The notes under the pieces are model-generated. The model was not told the DNA's origin. It searched no databases and worked only from the letters and a program-made list of their open reading frames with translations. A DNA stretch of 63,877 nucleotides, counting the filler, from Octopus bimaculoides (Eukaryota): NCBI RefSeq assembly GCF_001194135.2. It is 9 parts of 8 records of this genome, joined end to end, with 100 filler letters (N's around TTAATTAATTAA, not from the genome) between each part and the next. Parts side by side here need not be neighbours in the genome. Positions count along the whole stretch, not along the records: positions 1 to 4,014 come from NW_026367096.1; positions 4,115 to 19,382 come from NC_068985.1; 7 more parts are not named here. One strand, 5' to 3'. Both the position numbers and the translations under genes were made by a program. Positions within the stretch are counted from its first letter, which is position 1. Every line of letters begins with the position of its first letter. Positions 1-13,391 of this stretch are shown in pieces.

Positions 1-479
1 ATATATATAGTTATAGATAAATAGATAAATAGATAGATATATACATATCAACACAAATACAGGCATAAAAGCATAACCATACGTACAAACACACACACAT
101 ACACACACACGCGTATGAACGTGTGTACTCTATACCCTGACGCATATGACACAACAACAAAACAAATACGGTATCAGGTATCAAATACACGTTACATACT
201 CTTATAATGTACACACACACACACACGTATGTATGACCACGTGCCAATATATGCATCTATACATACACACACACACACACACACTCACAAAAACATACAT
301 AACGCACACACACACATACGTGTACACATGCACGCAAAACTCTAAGATTATCCATCAACACGATTCTGTCATGATTCATTCTACCCAGCCCCCACCTGCA
401 GCTATTTCACCACCGCAGAAATACACCCTACCCTGCCACCTACCCACCCGCTCCGTGTGATGCAGGCTGTCAGTCATAC

Positions 480-514
<35 letters not shown>

Positions 515-715
515 CTGATGGGCAGATAGATAGATACATTAATGAGAGGGAGAGATAGAGAGAGGTAGAAAGACACTGTGACAATAAAAGAGGAGAAGGA
601 AGGAGAATGCTTGGAGGAGGAGGAAGAGGTGAAGGAGGACCATAGAAAGGAGAAACATAGATTAACACAAACATACATACATACACACACTGATATATAT
701 ATATATATATATATA

Positions 716-860
716 TGGCGCGCTTCTTTTCAGTTTCCGTCTACAAAATCCACTCAAAAGGCTTTGATCGGCCCGAGGCTAAAGGTGCCAGGGAATGGGA
801 CTGAAACTAGAACCATGTGGTTGGGAAGAAAATTACTTACCACACAGCCACGCCTGCGCC
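716..860 (-). mobile_element. tRNA-derived SINE family A, 5' half
   Basis: Reverse complement reads aggcgcaggcgtggctgtgtggtaag...ttcagtccc (Pol III A/B-box-like); near-identical copies at 12250-12412, 34825-34990, 48903-49057, 50718-50880. Confidence 0.85.
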
Positions 861-1181
861 TATATATATATATATATATATACTTCATTTAGAGAATTAA
901 CATTGCTTATATATATATNNNNNNNNNNNNNNNNNNNNNNNNNNNNNNNNNNNNNNNNNNNNNNNNNNNNNNNNNNNNNNNNNNNNNNNNNNNNNNNNNN
1001 NNNNNNNNNNNNNNNNNNNNNNNNNNNNNNNNNNNNNNNNNNNNNNNNNNNNNNNNNNNNNNNNNNNNNNNNNNNNNNNNNNNNNNNNNNNNNNNNNNNN
1101 NNNNNNNNNNNNNNNNNNNNNNNNNNNNNNNNNNNNNNNNNNNNNNNNNNNNNNNNNNNNNNNNNNNNNNNNNNNNNNNNN

Positions 1182-1615
1182 TTTGTATCGTCTCTCTGGA
1201 TGTTTTGCGTTCCTGTGCCATTTTTATATTTTTTATATGTGAAAATATAGCGGCGTACGTACACTTCGGTCTCTTATATATAAGTTTTTTTCCGTCCTTG
1301 TTTTCGTATACATTCGCTGCTTTCTTCCAAGGAATCTAATGCTCTTAGCTTAATTATTCCTAGGGGCTGGCCAGATTGGAGCAATCATGAGTATAACCGG
1401 CCGAAATTGCAAAGATAATCTGGAACTCGACTGAGGAAAGAAAACTCCGAATGACCCGTCCTTGTTTCTTTGTATCGTCTCTCTGGATGTTTTGTCGTCC
1501 CTTTCTTGTATCACCTAATTGTCTGGATGTTTTGCGTTCCTGTGCCATTTTTATATTTTTTATATGTGAAAATATAGCGGCGTACGTACACTTCGGTCTC
1601 TTATATATAAGTTTC
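1182..1615. mobile_element. Interspersed repeat with partial tandem duplication, possibly a Penelope-type pseudo-LTR
   Basis: tttgtatcgtctctctggatgttttg at 1182 and 1469; about 90 bp gatgttttgcgttcc...tatataagttt at 1199-1288 and 1526-1615; family assignment is inference. Confidence 0.45.
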
Positions 1616-1746
1616 CGTCTACCAAATCCACACACAAGGAATTGGTCGGCCTGCGGCTGTAGAAGAGACGTACACACGGTGCCACACCGGGGGACTGAAC
1701 ACTGAACCAGGTGGATGGGAAACAAACTTCTTTTACCACAAAACCA
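1609..1746 (-). mobile_element. SINE family A, degenerate 5' half
   Basis: agtttccgtctaccaaatccac...ggactgaac...accac, matching other family A copies. Confidence 0.75.
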
Positions 1747-1756
1747 AACTTTCTCC

Positions 1757-2126
1757 TACACACACACACACACGCACACATACACACACAAACACTCACA
1801 CATATACATACACATAGGCATACAAACATACACACACACAAACATACACACATACACACAAACATACACACACATACATACACTCACACAAACACATACA
1901 GACATACGAACATACATACACAAACACACACGCACACATACAGACACAAACACTCATACATATACATACACATAGGCATACAAACACACACACACACACA
2001 CACACACAAACATACACACACACACATGCACTCACACAGACACATACACACACACGCACATAGACATACATACGAACATACATACACACATACACTCACA
2101 CGCACACAAGCACAGATACACTCATA

Positions 2127-2170
<44 letters not shown>
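1757..2170. repeat. Compound (CA)n/(CATA)n microsatellite
   Basis: Directly visible; runs into an N gap. Confidence 0.95.
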
Positions 2171-2874
2171 NNNNNNNNNNNNNNNNNNNNNNNNNNNNNN
2201 NNNNNNNNNNNNNNNNNNNNNNNNNNNNNNNNNNNNNNNNNNNNNNNNNNNNNNNNNNNNNNNNNNNNNNNNNNNNNNNNNNNNNNNNNNNNNNNNNNNN
2301 NNNNNNNNNNNNNNNNNNNNNNNNNNNNNNNNNNNNNNNNNNNNNNNNNNNNNNNNNNNNNNNNNNNNNNNNNNNNNNNNNNNNNNNNNNNNNNNNNNNN
2401 NNNNNNNNNNNNNNNNNNNNNNNNNNNNNNNNNNNNNNNNNNNNNNNNNNNNNNNNNNNNNNNNNNNNNNNNNNNNNNNNNNNNNNNNNNNNNNNNNNNN
2501 NNNNNNNNNNNNNNNNNNNNNNNNNNNNNNNNNNNNNNNNNNNNNNNNNNNNNNNNNNNNNNNNNNNNNNNNNNNNNNNNNNNNNNNNNNNNNNNNNNNN
2601 NNNNNNNNNNNNNNNNNNNNNNNNNNNNNNNNNNNNNNNNNNNNNNNNNNNNNNNNNNNNNNNNNNNNNNNNNNNNNNNNNNNNNNNNNNNNNNNNNNNN
2701 NNNNNNNNNNNNNNNNNNNNNNNNNNNNNNNNNNNNNNNNNNNNNNNNNNNNNNNNNNNNNNNNNNNNNNNNNNNNNNNNNNNNNNNNNNNNNNNNNNNN
2801 NNNNNNNNNNNNNNNNNNNNNNNNNNNNNNNNNNNNNNNNNNNNNNNNNNNNNNTGTGTGTGTGTATATTGGAT

Positions 2875-2918
<44 letters not shown>

Positions 2919-2951
2919 ATATTGTATATACATACATATATATATATATAC

Positions 2952-3007
<56 letters not shown>

Positions 3008-3082
3008 TCACGCGTGTATATCGAGCGAGAGAAAGAGATAGATAGTTAGACAATCAGATATACACCTACATATATAAACATA

Positions 3083-3117
<35 letters not shown>

Positions 3118-4192
3118 CAAATACCTAGATATAAAACACACACAAACGCACATACCCACACATACACGTACACTCATACACACATACATACTCATACGTT
3201 ATACAGAAATGGGTGTATGTGTGTTCGTGTGTGTCTTCGCGTGTGTGTGTGTAAGTTTTATATAACAGAATCGGTTGCTTTTTGTATCCAGAAAAAAAAA
3301 AAATAATAAAGGCAGAGATTGACAGAAAGAAAAGGAAAACAAAAGAAGAAAATAAAACAAAAAAAAACAGTAATCAAAAAACAAACCGCAAACTAATCAA
3401 AAAACACAATGTCCTCAAGAAACACCAGCTGTTTCCAAACGCTGACTTGTGTTCGACCGGAAGTTAGGTTTGTCTGTCTGTTGCTCTACCTGTTTGTCTT
3501 TTCCTGTCTTTAGTCGTTTCTCTGTCACTTCTATTCTTTGTGAATCACACGCACGCACATCCACAGACAAATGTTTATAAATGGATGTATGCTTGCTTGT
3601 ACGTAACTAGAGCTTAGAGATAGCTAGCAAGGTAGACAGACAGACATAGATACATAGATAGACAGATAGACAGACAGACAGACAGATAGATAGAGACATA
3701 CATAAATACGGTGCTCCAGCATGACCACAGCCACTTGGCTGAAACCCATAAATAAATACATAGACAAACATACAAATATATAGATAGATATATATAGATA
3801 GACAAAGGGTCAGACAGATATATAAATAGATATATAGATACACAGATAGATAGACAAATAGATAGGTAAGCGCAAGCGAGGCTTTGTGGTAAGAAGTTTG
3901 CTTCCCAACCATATGGTTGTGAGTTCCATCCCACTGCAAGGTACCTCAGGCAGGTGCCTTCTAGTATTGTCCGGACCGACAGCCAGAAACCGAACAGAAA
4001 CTCACACCGAAGAGNNNNNNNNNNNNNNNNNNNNNNNNNNNNNNNNNNNNNNNNNNNNTTAATTAATTAANNNNNNNNNNNNNNNNNNNNNNNNNNNNNN
4101 NNNNNNNNNNNNNNCCGCAACTGTCCGACGAACGGAAAACGTGTAACTCTGAGTAACAATTTTGTGATGTTTGTGCAGCTTTAATAAAACGT

Positions 4193-4242
<50 letters not shown>

Positions 4243-4596
4243 TTGAAAGCGTGTGGCCTAGAGGTCAGAGTTTTGCACTCACAACCGCAAGACTAGTTTC
4301 GATTCCCAGAGCGGAGGTGCATTGTGTTCGAGCAGACAACAATTCATTTCACGTTGTTCCAGTTCTCTCAACTGCGCATACATACGTACGACGCCTTGAC
4401 GGGTTAAATCAAAGAAATCAACCCTAGTACTTTTTTTTTAAAGCCTAGTACTTATTCTATCTGTTCTTTTTGCCAAGCCGCTATTTTACAGAAACGTAAA
4501 CAAACCAGCTTTGGTGGTTGACAACCAGTGGTGAGAACCAGCATAAGGACACTCACACATAGATACATGCATGTATGTATGTACGTATGTATGTGT

Positions 4597-4970
4597 GGAG
4601 GCGCAACGGCCCAGTGGTTAGGGCAGCGGACTTGCGGTCATAGGATCGCGGTTTCGATTCCCAGACCAGGCGTTGTGAGTGTTTATTGAGCGAAAACACC
4701 TAAAGTTCCACGAGGCTCCGGCAGAGGATGGTGGCGAACCCTGCTGTACTCTTCCACCACAACTTTCTTACTTCCTGTTTCTGTTGTGCCTGTAATTCAA
4801 AGGGTCAGCCTTGTCACACTGTGTCACACTGAATATCCGCGAGAACTACGTTAAGGGTACACGTGTCTGTGGAGTGCTCAGCCACTTGCACATTAATTTC
4901 ATGAGCAGGTTGTTCCGTTGATCGGATCAACTGGAACCCTCGATGTCGTAAGCGACGGAGTGCCAACAAC
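4597..4970 (+). mobile_element. tRNA-derived SINE family C, full length
   Basis: Head ggaggcgcaacggcccagtggttagggcagcgg...ggtttcgattccc (A/B boxes), tail ...gacggagtgccaacaac; highly similar inverted copy at 37916-38297. Confidence 0.9.
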
Positions 4971-4982
4971 AAATGTATGTAT

Positions 4983-5032
<50 letters not shown>

Positions 5033-5509
5033 TAATCTTAATAGAAGCGCAATAATTCAGTTAAGATAGTTTAGGAGTTGTCTCCCTTACTAAAATATTT
5101 TAAAATATCAGAAACTTATAAATTACACGTAAAGATGTCTTATGACGTAAGATAATAGGTACATGCGATTAGCGCTCAGCTCAAATTTCTGCCTAAACCA
5201 TAACTTTAAATGGAACTTAGCATGCAGAGATGTTATAGCTGTCTAAACGAGAATTGCTTATAGGCAGTTTTAATCGGGCTCGTACCTGTGTATAGGATAG
5301 ACAGGCAAACAACTGGTATCGGGTCAAATTGTGACTTTTATATATTTATATAACACACGGAGAAAAACGAATTCTTTAACGAGTTTAAATCATAAGAGAT
5401 CAGCAAAAGCTCCATTCATGAATATTCATAATGATCGCGATATATGGCAGTATGCTCCAAGAATATTCATAAGGTAAGTCCGTAGCATTGATGTTAGACA
5501 ATAGGCTAA

Positions 5510-5725
5510 GGCAGCCAGCTGGTAGAAACGTTTGAACGCCGGGCAAAATTCTTAACTGCATTTCGTCTGTCTTTATGTTATGAATTTAAGTTCACCCGAG
5601 ATAGATATTTGCCTTTCATCCTTTCGGGGCCAATAAAAATAAGTACTATTGAGTACTAGGTGGATATAATCGACTTAACCCCTTCCTCGAAATTGCTGGC
5701 CTTGTGCCAAAATTTGAAACCGATA
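5510..5725 (+). mobile_element. tRNA-derived SINE family B, diverged
   Basis: gctggtagaaacgtt...ttgcctttcatcctttcgggg...aagtac...aaatttgaaacc, matching 11448-11655. Confidence 0.75.
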
Positions 5726-5905
5726 TTACTCAGTAGGTTACGGTATATCGTGACAGCTAAAACCTAATCTACTTTTATATTTATATTTTCGCAAAGCTTA
5801 CATTTTTAGATACATTATTAGCTTATGTCACTCCTAAGGCTTAGTTTTCTGTCAGGAACTAAGTTTAACAGCTTAGTATTTAACCAGAAATCTCAGAGCT
5901 TACTG

Positions 5906-6230
5906 CAATGTTTCACAACCTATTTTCCCTCAGGCCCCATAAGAACTTTCCAGAAAAATGTATACCCCACTCGTGGTTAGAAAAAAATCAGCTTTATTTT
6001 TTATAATACTTTATCACAATCATTTAATGCAAAAGAATTTACCGGTAACTTTTTTTTTATCAAGTACTGAGTACAAGAAAAAAAAAAACATTATTGACTA
6101 AGAATAAAAAAAAAAAATTTCATAGTTGCATGTCCCACTAAAATAAGAAGAAAAATATTGGATCCCACGCCCCACCACAATTTTCCCAGGCCTCACCGGT
6201 GGGGTGTATACCCCATGTTGGGAATCATTA
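5906..6230. mobile_element. hAT-type MITE, degenerate
   Basis: Ends caatgtttcacaacc / gttgggaatcatta resemble cagtggttcccaac-type hAT TIRs; TSD not resolved. Confidence 0.4.
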
Positions 6231-6470
6231 ATATACAATATTTAACCAGAAACTCTTGAAAAGCTTACAGATATACACATATTTTACTGTATAAAACTCC
6301 GTCTATATAGTTGGTGTTTTTGATCCAATAAGCAGCTTGCTAGTTTGGTCAGCTATAGCCTTCAGAAGGGCCAAGTTTGCTTTTATCTAAAACATCATTA
6401 ACTTTTGAAAAAGTCACACATAACATCAACTTCAGACATGAACGCATTAAGTAATTGGTAAGCTTTGAAC

Positions 6471-6718
6471 TAGTGGTCCCAAACTAAAGTCCCTTTATGT
6501 CCCTTGGGGGTCCATAAAAGATTTTGTAGTTAAAATGTATCTACAATAAAATCAGGTATATTTCTACTATACATAAAATATCTTAACGTTTTTTTTTCAT
6601 ACAATTCCTAATAATATTTGATTATAAGAATATAATGGGATTTTTTTAAATATCCGATGGCTATGAGGATCCATTGGAGTAAAGGGAACTACGGGTAAAA
6701 ATTGGTTGAGAACCTCTG
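6471..6718. mobile_element. hAT-superfamily MITE
   Basis: Imperfect TIRs tagtggtcccaaac / ggttgagaacctctg flanked by a perfect 8-bp TSD ctttgaac (6463-6470 and 6719-6726); 8-bp TSDs are characteristic of hAT. Confidence 0.85.
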
Positions 6719-7421
6719 CTTTGAACGATTGGAACTCGCTTTTCGATTTCACTTTCGGCCATTGCGCTTCACCTAAGTAACTCTTATCATTGGTAATATT
6801 ATGGTATTCAAACAATATCATATTGTATCGTCAACAAACTTATTGCCTTTTGACTAAGCAGGAAATGTTTATTACAGGATTCAGTTTCCTTCACTTATTA
6901 ATTATATTTTCATTTTTATATCGTAATTGATAAATAATTAAATTGCTGAGTAGAAGTTTCCAATGGAGAAATCATCAGATCAATGAATTTGTAACGGTAC
7001 AAGCGACAAGCAGAACAAATATCATTAAGGTCTTCGTTCATCGTGCACCGGTAAAATTTCCAGGTCTTTACATTCTGAATTTAAATTTCTCCTAGATCGA
7101 CTTTACTTTTCTTTCCTTGGGGGTCGATAAATAAAGTACTGGTTGAGTACCGGAGGCGATGGTATTGAATAACTCCCTCCTTTGAAAATTGCTCACATTG
7201 TGCCAATATTACAAATATTTATTATATTAATATATCCTGTATTCGATTCCTCATTGGCACCAATTAACTTTTTTGTGTCCCCTCTTGCTACCATATTCAT
7301 GAGTCTCTGAGTTCAAACCCCACCGAGATCAAATTTACCTTTCATGTTTTCGATGTCGAAAAAACAGTGTTGCGGTTTTAGGTAACTATTTCGACACCAA
7401 CACATGCGACAATACTGGTAT

Positions 7422-7462
<41 letters not shown>

Positions 7463-8372
7463 NNNNNNNNNNNNNNNNNNNNNNNNNNNNNNNNNNNNNN
7501 NNNNNNNNNNNNNNNNNNNNNNNNNNNNNNNNNNNNNNNNNNNNNNNNNNNNNNNNNNNNNNNNNNNNNNNNNNNNNNNNNNNNNNNNNNNNNNNNNNNN
7601 NNNNNNNNNNNNNNNNNNNNNNNNNNNNNNNNNNNNNNNNNNNNNNNNNNNNNNNNNNNNNNNNNNNNNNNNNNNNNNNNNNNNNNNNNNNNNNNNNNNN
7701 NNNNNNNNNNNNNNNNNNNNNNNNNNNNNNNNNNNNNNNNNNNNNNNNNNNNNNNNNNNNNNNNNNNNNNNNNNNNNNNNNNNNNNNNNNNNNNNNNNNN
7801 NNNNNNNNNNNNNNNNNNNNNNNNNNNNNNNNNNNNNNNNNNNNNNNNNNNNNNNNNNNNNNNNNNNNNNNNNNNNNNNNNNNNNNNNNNNNNNNNNNNN
7901 NNNNNNNNNNNNNNNNNNNNNNNNNNNNNNNNNNNNNNNNNNNNNNNNNNNNNNNNNNNNNNNNNNNNNNNNNNNNNNNNNNNNNNNNNNNNNNNNNNNN
8001 NNNNNNNNNNNNNNNNNNNNNNNNNNNNNNNNNNNNNNNNNNNNNNNNNNNNNNNNNNNNNNNNNNNNNNNNNNNNNNNNNNNNNNNNNNNNNNNNNNNN
8101 NNNCCTTTTCATTTATCATTTTCGTCATGAAATAATTTATATATCCTTTATCGTTTATCTGTTTCAGTCACTGTAGTGTGGCCATGTAACGGCAGTGCTT
8201 AGTCGAACAAATCGACTCTAGTAATTATTTTTAAGCCACGTGTTTATTCGATCGATTTTTTAAATCTTTACTGAGCCGTTAAGTGACATGGTCGTAAACA
8301 AACCAACACTGGTTGTCAATAGGTGGTGAAAGATTAACACAAAAGTACACACATACATGCACACACACGCAC

Positions 8373-8417
<45 letters not shown>

Positions 8418-8589
8418 TACATACACACAGAGTTTCCACCTGCCAAATTCATTTCAAAGTCAATAGTAGACCCAAGGTGCCGCGCAGTGTTATTGAACCA
8501 AAAATCACGCACTTACAAAATGATCATGTTATCCACACGGCCGTCCTGTATATATATATATTATAGGTTCGGTTCGAGGACTGAAATAT

Positions 8590-8750
8590 GGGGAAGATGA
8601 CTAGTCGATTACATCGACCCAATATGTAATTGGTACTTATTTTATCGACCCCGAAATTATGAAAGACAAGGTCGATCTCGATGGAATTTGAACTCAGAAA
8701 CTAAAAAATGGACAAAATGCCGACGTGGTAACGATTCCGCCAGACCGAGT
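8590..8750 (-). mobile_element. SINE family B, diverged
   Basis: tcgattacatcgaccc...gtacttattttatcgaccccgaaa...ggaatttgaactcagaa. Confidence 0.7.
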
Positions 8751-8987
8751 CATGTTGATCAAATTTAAATTGTTGTAGTGATTCCTTTCGTGAACATCTT
8801 AACTTCCATTTTCCTAGTTCCTGAAACCATTAAGACTGATTGATGATTACATATCGATTTTTCTCACTGTCTGAATTAAGTGGGGTTGACAACCCATCTG
8901 ATGGAGCATTTCTTTCCTTTCAAACTGGATTTAATAAGGCTAATTGCTTATTCAATGATATTCATAAAAGGCTACCATATATATATA

Positions 8988-9621
8988 TGATCAATAAGTA
9001 TCCGGACTGTTGCCATAGTAACGAAGCTAAAGCATGCAGAGTCAAGCCACGAGGCAAAGATTGACCTCGAACTCTGCTGTGCATGCACACGAAGTTTTGA
9101 CGTTCTAGCTCACTTCTACTCTTTACAGCAGTGCTTTGAAGGAAGGTGTGTTGCGTGTGATCGTCGCATTGATCATGACAGAGAAAGTTGTCATGGCGAT
9201 ACCTGCTCAGAGGCCAACGCAAGGTTGCAGAAAGTGTATGGAGAAGAATGTATGAGCCGCACACAAGTGTATGAGTGGTTCAGACGTTTCCAAGATGGCC
9301 GAAAAAATGTCGATATTGTCGAAGGTTCTGGTAGACACGCAACCAGCAGAACTGAGAAAAACGTCGCAGATGTGCGTGCAGCTGTGAGGGGAAATCGTTG
9401 AATCACCATCCGTGAGTTATCAGAGGATGAGCAGATGAGTTACGGTTCATTATCATGGAAGATTTGGGTATGAGACGTTTGTCTGCCAAGTTTGCGCTAA
9501 AACTGCTTTCAGCTCACCAAAATAGGCACTCGGGTTTCAGTTGCATAAGATCTCCTTGATTGTGTCGAGAACGATGAAAACTTTTTGAAAACTTTGTGTA
9601 GGCCTCTGAGCAGGTATCGCC
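8988..9621 (+). mobile_element. Non-autonomous mariner: TIR plus N-terminal HTH coding remnant, with a fold-back junction
   Basis: Terminal tgatcaataagtatccggactg; translation KVYGEECMSRTQVYEWFRRFQDGRKNV...SG...LGMRR...DLLDCVENDENFLKTL; then an inverted copy of 9195-9215 at 9601-9621. Confidence 0.8.
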
Positions 9622-10680
9622 TTCATTTTCTACAACGTTCTTCCATCTATCTGGTAGACTTGCAAGGTCCCTCTTCCAAAATTCACTTGACCGTGACAGA
9701 AAAATATTCCTATTTCATATTTTTTCCGTCCAAATGTTTTTGAAGACTGCGGAATAAATGATAATCAGATGGGGCAGTGTCCAGCGAATATTGTGGGTGG
9801 AGCATCGTTTCCCATTCAAACTGCTCCAGCCTTTCGAATGTCATCCTCACTGCGTGTGGCTGAACATTATCCTGATGGAAGAACATCTTTTGTATTAAAA
9901 GTAAAGATGGTCGGGGTTTTTTTTTTTTTTCTAGCACTGACTTAAGCCGCTCAAGCTGCTCGCAGTAAATCTCCTTTGTTATCGTTTGGTTTGGGTTTAA
10001 AAGTTCAAAGTGGACTAAACCGTTCATATACCATCAAACACATAATATCTTCTTTAGCCTGGGATACCGGTGCTTCTCCTTTCCCTGCCCACTGTCATCG
10101 GCGCTTGACGTTTTTATAGAGAACCCATTTCTCGTCACCAGTCACTATTCAGTCCAACAAAGGTTCATTCGTGAGACGTGACAACAAAGAAGAGCACAAC
10201 ATTCACTCGCTGCGATTAAACTCAGAAAATTTGTGAATAACCCATTGACCCAATTTGCTGACTTTTCCAATGGTACGCAGGTATGGATGAGTGGTTGAAT
10301 GACCAAATCCAAGCTTCTCTGCTTGGTCCTTACGATGGGATTTTGTTTCACCGGGTTTTGCAGGAGGTCCTCTACAGATCTTCCAGGACGAGGCTCGTCT
10401 TCTAGGCTGTAGTTTCCGGCTCAGAATTTCTGGAACCACCGTTGACAGTGGCTTACTCTTATTGTCCCATCCTCATATACTGTATTAATATTCTTCGCAC
10501 TTTCCGTTACGTTGTTGCTTTTGTTGAACTCATAAAGCAAAATATGCCGAATATGCTTTTTGTCACTTCCATTATAGCTTTGAAAAAATAGCTGTCAAAA
10601 CCAAACGACACCCTTCAAAACTGGCGCTAAGAATAAAGTCAAGGTAAAATTACTACCAGCTTTTATAGCAGGTTGATGCA
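9617..10680 (-). pseudogene. mariner (DD34D) transposase pseudogene
   Basis: ATG at 10572 (MEVTK...), GDEKW-type motif, FHQDNVQPH, HPQYSLDTAPSDYHLFRSL, C-terminus LPDRWKNVVENEG; several frameshifts. Confidence 0.92.
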
Positions 10681-10784
10681 AGTAGTTTATCCCGTTCCCC
10701 TCCGACTTTTAGTTCATGCAATTGAAAAAATCGCATTACTTATGGGTGACCCAATATATACTATAAGCCCCAGAACATACATAC

Positions 10785-10815
<31 letters not shown>

Positions 10816-11447
10816 TGTATGTATGTATGTATGGGCATGTATGTCTGTTTTTATATATGCATGCTTACGCACACATACATACATACATACATACATACAT
10901 ACATACATACATACATACATACATACATACATAATTTGCGAATTAATAGAGCTATTTAATTCGATAGCAATATCAAACAAAGATGTCTCCTGGGAGTAAA
11001 GTATCTATATTCGTAAAGTCGGTTTTAATCATGGCGTATTCGACACGTGAAACTTATTTAATCTAATTCTTCCCATTGACTGTGATTTTGTTGATAATTC
11101 AAGATAAAGTTCACTTGTTGTGTAGCTCCAGGGCTAATGTTCAATTTGAGTATAAGCCAAATAAACTACAGCTTAAGATCTCATAGTATGCAGATAGCTC
11201 TAGATAATTAATATGCATAGATGTTCTTCAGTTTATGTGAGACCCTCTGGGATAAATATCTTAACAAAGGGCATCAAATATATAGCTAAAGGCTTTATAT
11301 AATATAAATCCGGCATTGTCCAAGTCAATCCGAGTCGAGAGGTCCTTTGATCAAATGCATTCTCGGCGTGACCATACTGTCTTTTCAAGGGTATCCAATA
11401 TGTGCACAGATTAGATAATTGCGTTGTCTAATGTGTGTTTTCCTCAA

Positions 11448-11655
11448 GGCGGCGATCTGGCAGAAACGTTAGCACGCAGGGCGAAATACTTAGTGGTGTT
11501 TCGTCTGTCTTTTCGTTCTGAGCTCAAATTCCGCCGAAGTCGGCTTTGCCTTTCATCCTTTCGGAGTCTATAAATTAAGTACCAGTTACGTACTGGGGTC
11601 GATCTAATCGACTGGTTTCCTCCTCCAAAATTTCGGGCCTTGTGTCCGAAACCGA
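11448..11655 (+). mobile_element. tRNA-derived SINE family B
   Basis: ggcggcgatctggcagaaacgttagcacgc...gagctcaaattcc...tttgcctttcatcctttcgg...ggggtcgat; at least 10 copies in the window. Confidence 0.9.
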
Positions 11656-11974
11656 TGGATATATATATCTCACAGTATGGTAACATGGCAGAGTGATTTA
11701 GAAGTCCGCTTCTCAATCGCAAAGTTCCTGTTTCGATTTGCCTGAAAAGCACCTTCAACAAAGCGCCTTCTACAGTAGCATCAGGTCGATGCAATCCCAG
11801 CGTGTAAAATTGAGATTGACAGAAAATGTGCGGGATACTGTTATCTGTTATTCAAAAGCCAAACCTCTGTCACGAACTTTGCTAATCTGAACTGTCCTGG
11901 AAGTTACGTTAAGGGTACAAATACCTGTGAAATGCTTAGCTTATTGCATCATAATTCAATATGTATACTCCCGT

Positions 11975-12412
11975 TTACTCCTTTAATTGTTTCAGTTATT
12001 TGACTGCGGCCATGCTGGAGCACCGCCTTTAGTCGAGCAAATATACCCCAGGACTTTTTCTTTGTAAGCCTAGTACTTATTCTATCGGGGACGTAAACAC
12101 ACCAGCATCGGTTGTCAAGCGAAGTTGGGGGGACAAACACACAAACATACACACACACACACANNNNNNNNNNNNNNNNNNNNNNNNNNNNNNNNNNNNN
12201 NNNNNNNNNNNNNNNNNNNATATATATATATATATATATATATATATACGATGGGCTTCTTTCAGTTTCCGTCTACCAAATCCACTCACAAGACTTTGGT
12301 CGGCTCGAGGCTATAGTAGAAGACACTTGCCCAAGATGCCACGCAGTGGGACTGAACCCAGAACCATGTGGTTGGTAAGCAAGCTACTTACCACACAGCC
12401 ACTCCTGCGCCT
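11975..12412 (-). mobile_element. SINE family A, full length, central (TA)n(TG)n tract spans an N gap
   Basis: Head ends at 12412 (aggcgcaggagtggctgtgtgg); tail ...aaaggcggtgctccagcatggccgcagtc. Confidence 0.92.
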
Positions 12413-13051
12413 ATGTAGCAAAAAAAAAAATCCACTGACTTATTGTTTTGCAATTCTTAGTTCCGTTCATCGCCTTTCCATCCTTATTAGGCACTGATAA
12501 AATTAACACTAGTGTTATGCTGTCACTTAAATTGGTTATAATTATAATTCATCTTTTACATAAGTGGCATTGTACAGGGCTGTCTTAACAGCATTATAGG
12601 CCTCTGGGTCATGTAATGTTCTTGGGCTTATAGTATATATTGATTGACAGCAAGCCACGAAGTATACAGCTTAGCATTGGTCCCTGAAACCCGCAATGCT
12701 ACTGGGCAACCGCCCAGTATGCCCGCGTCTTAAGATCGCAGTAGCATTATGTCTTCTCATATACGAGATATCAATTTAAATAGCGGTGAAAATTACTATA
12801 TTAATTAACGATTAACGGTTATATATGTATAGATGAATTCCTTTGTATTGTAGAACAACAACAAAAAGTCCTAATTAGTAAATGTTTTGAAATTTTGGAT
12901 TCTTTCCCAAGGTTGGGTAGAAACAACTAGACTGCTAAGAATTTATAGTTACACCCACTTCATATTTGAATTTCTAAATAAAATCTGACGAAAAACAAAA
13001 ATAAACAAATGGAGACGAGCAAAAGATGAAGCTTACATTCCTGTAGTCATT

Positions 13052-13290
<239 letters not shown>

Positions 13291-13391
13291 AGTGACTGAG
13301 ATAGAATAGAAAAGAGAAGATGGAAATTAGTTAAGCGGTAATAATTACATTAGTCCAACACAATACCACACATTAAATTTATTTCTAAAGC

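Noticed and set aside
1425-1462. CTGAGGA...CGAAT hammerhead-like core
   Set aside because: GAAA is broken and stems I and III cannot be formed consistently.
1711-3053. Long ORFs rich in HT, YI, CV, RE or X throughout the ORF track
   Set aside because: They are translations of dinucleotide microsatellites and N gaps.
4059-4070. TTAATTAATTAA island centred in 100-bp N blocks (also 19427, 30781, 34751, 45781, 48678, 52637, 62721)
   Set aside because: It is identical each time, always embedded in Ns and has stop codons in all six frames, so it is a scaffolding linker rather than biology.
4115-4190. ccgacga-acg-gaaa-acgtgt, a possible degenerate hammerhead next to aataaa
   Set aside because: The core is mutated, stem II is absent and the sequence is cut by a gap.
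4597-4670. tRNA-like heads with A/B boxes as tRNA genes
   Set aside because: They continue into conserved SINE bodies, occur as dispersed diverged copies, and I could not form a full cloverleaf.
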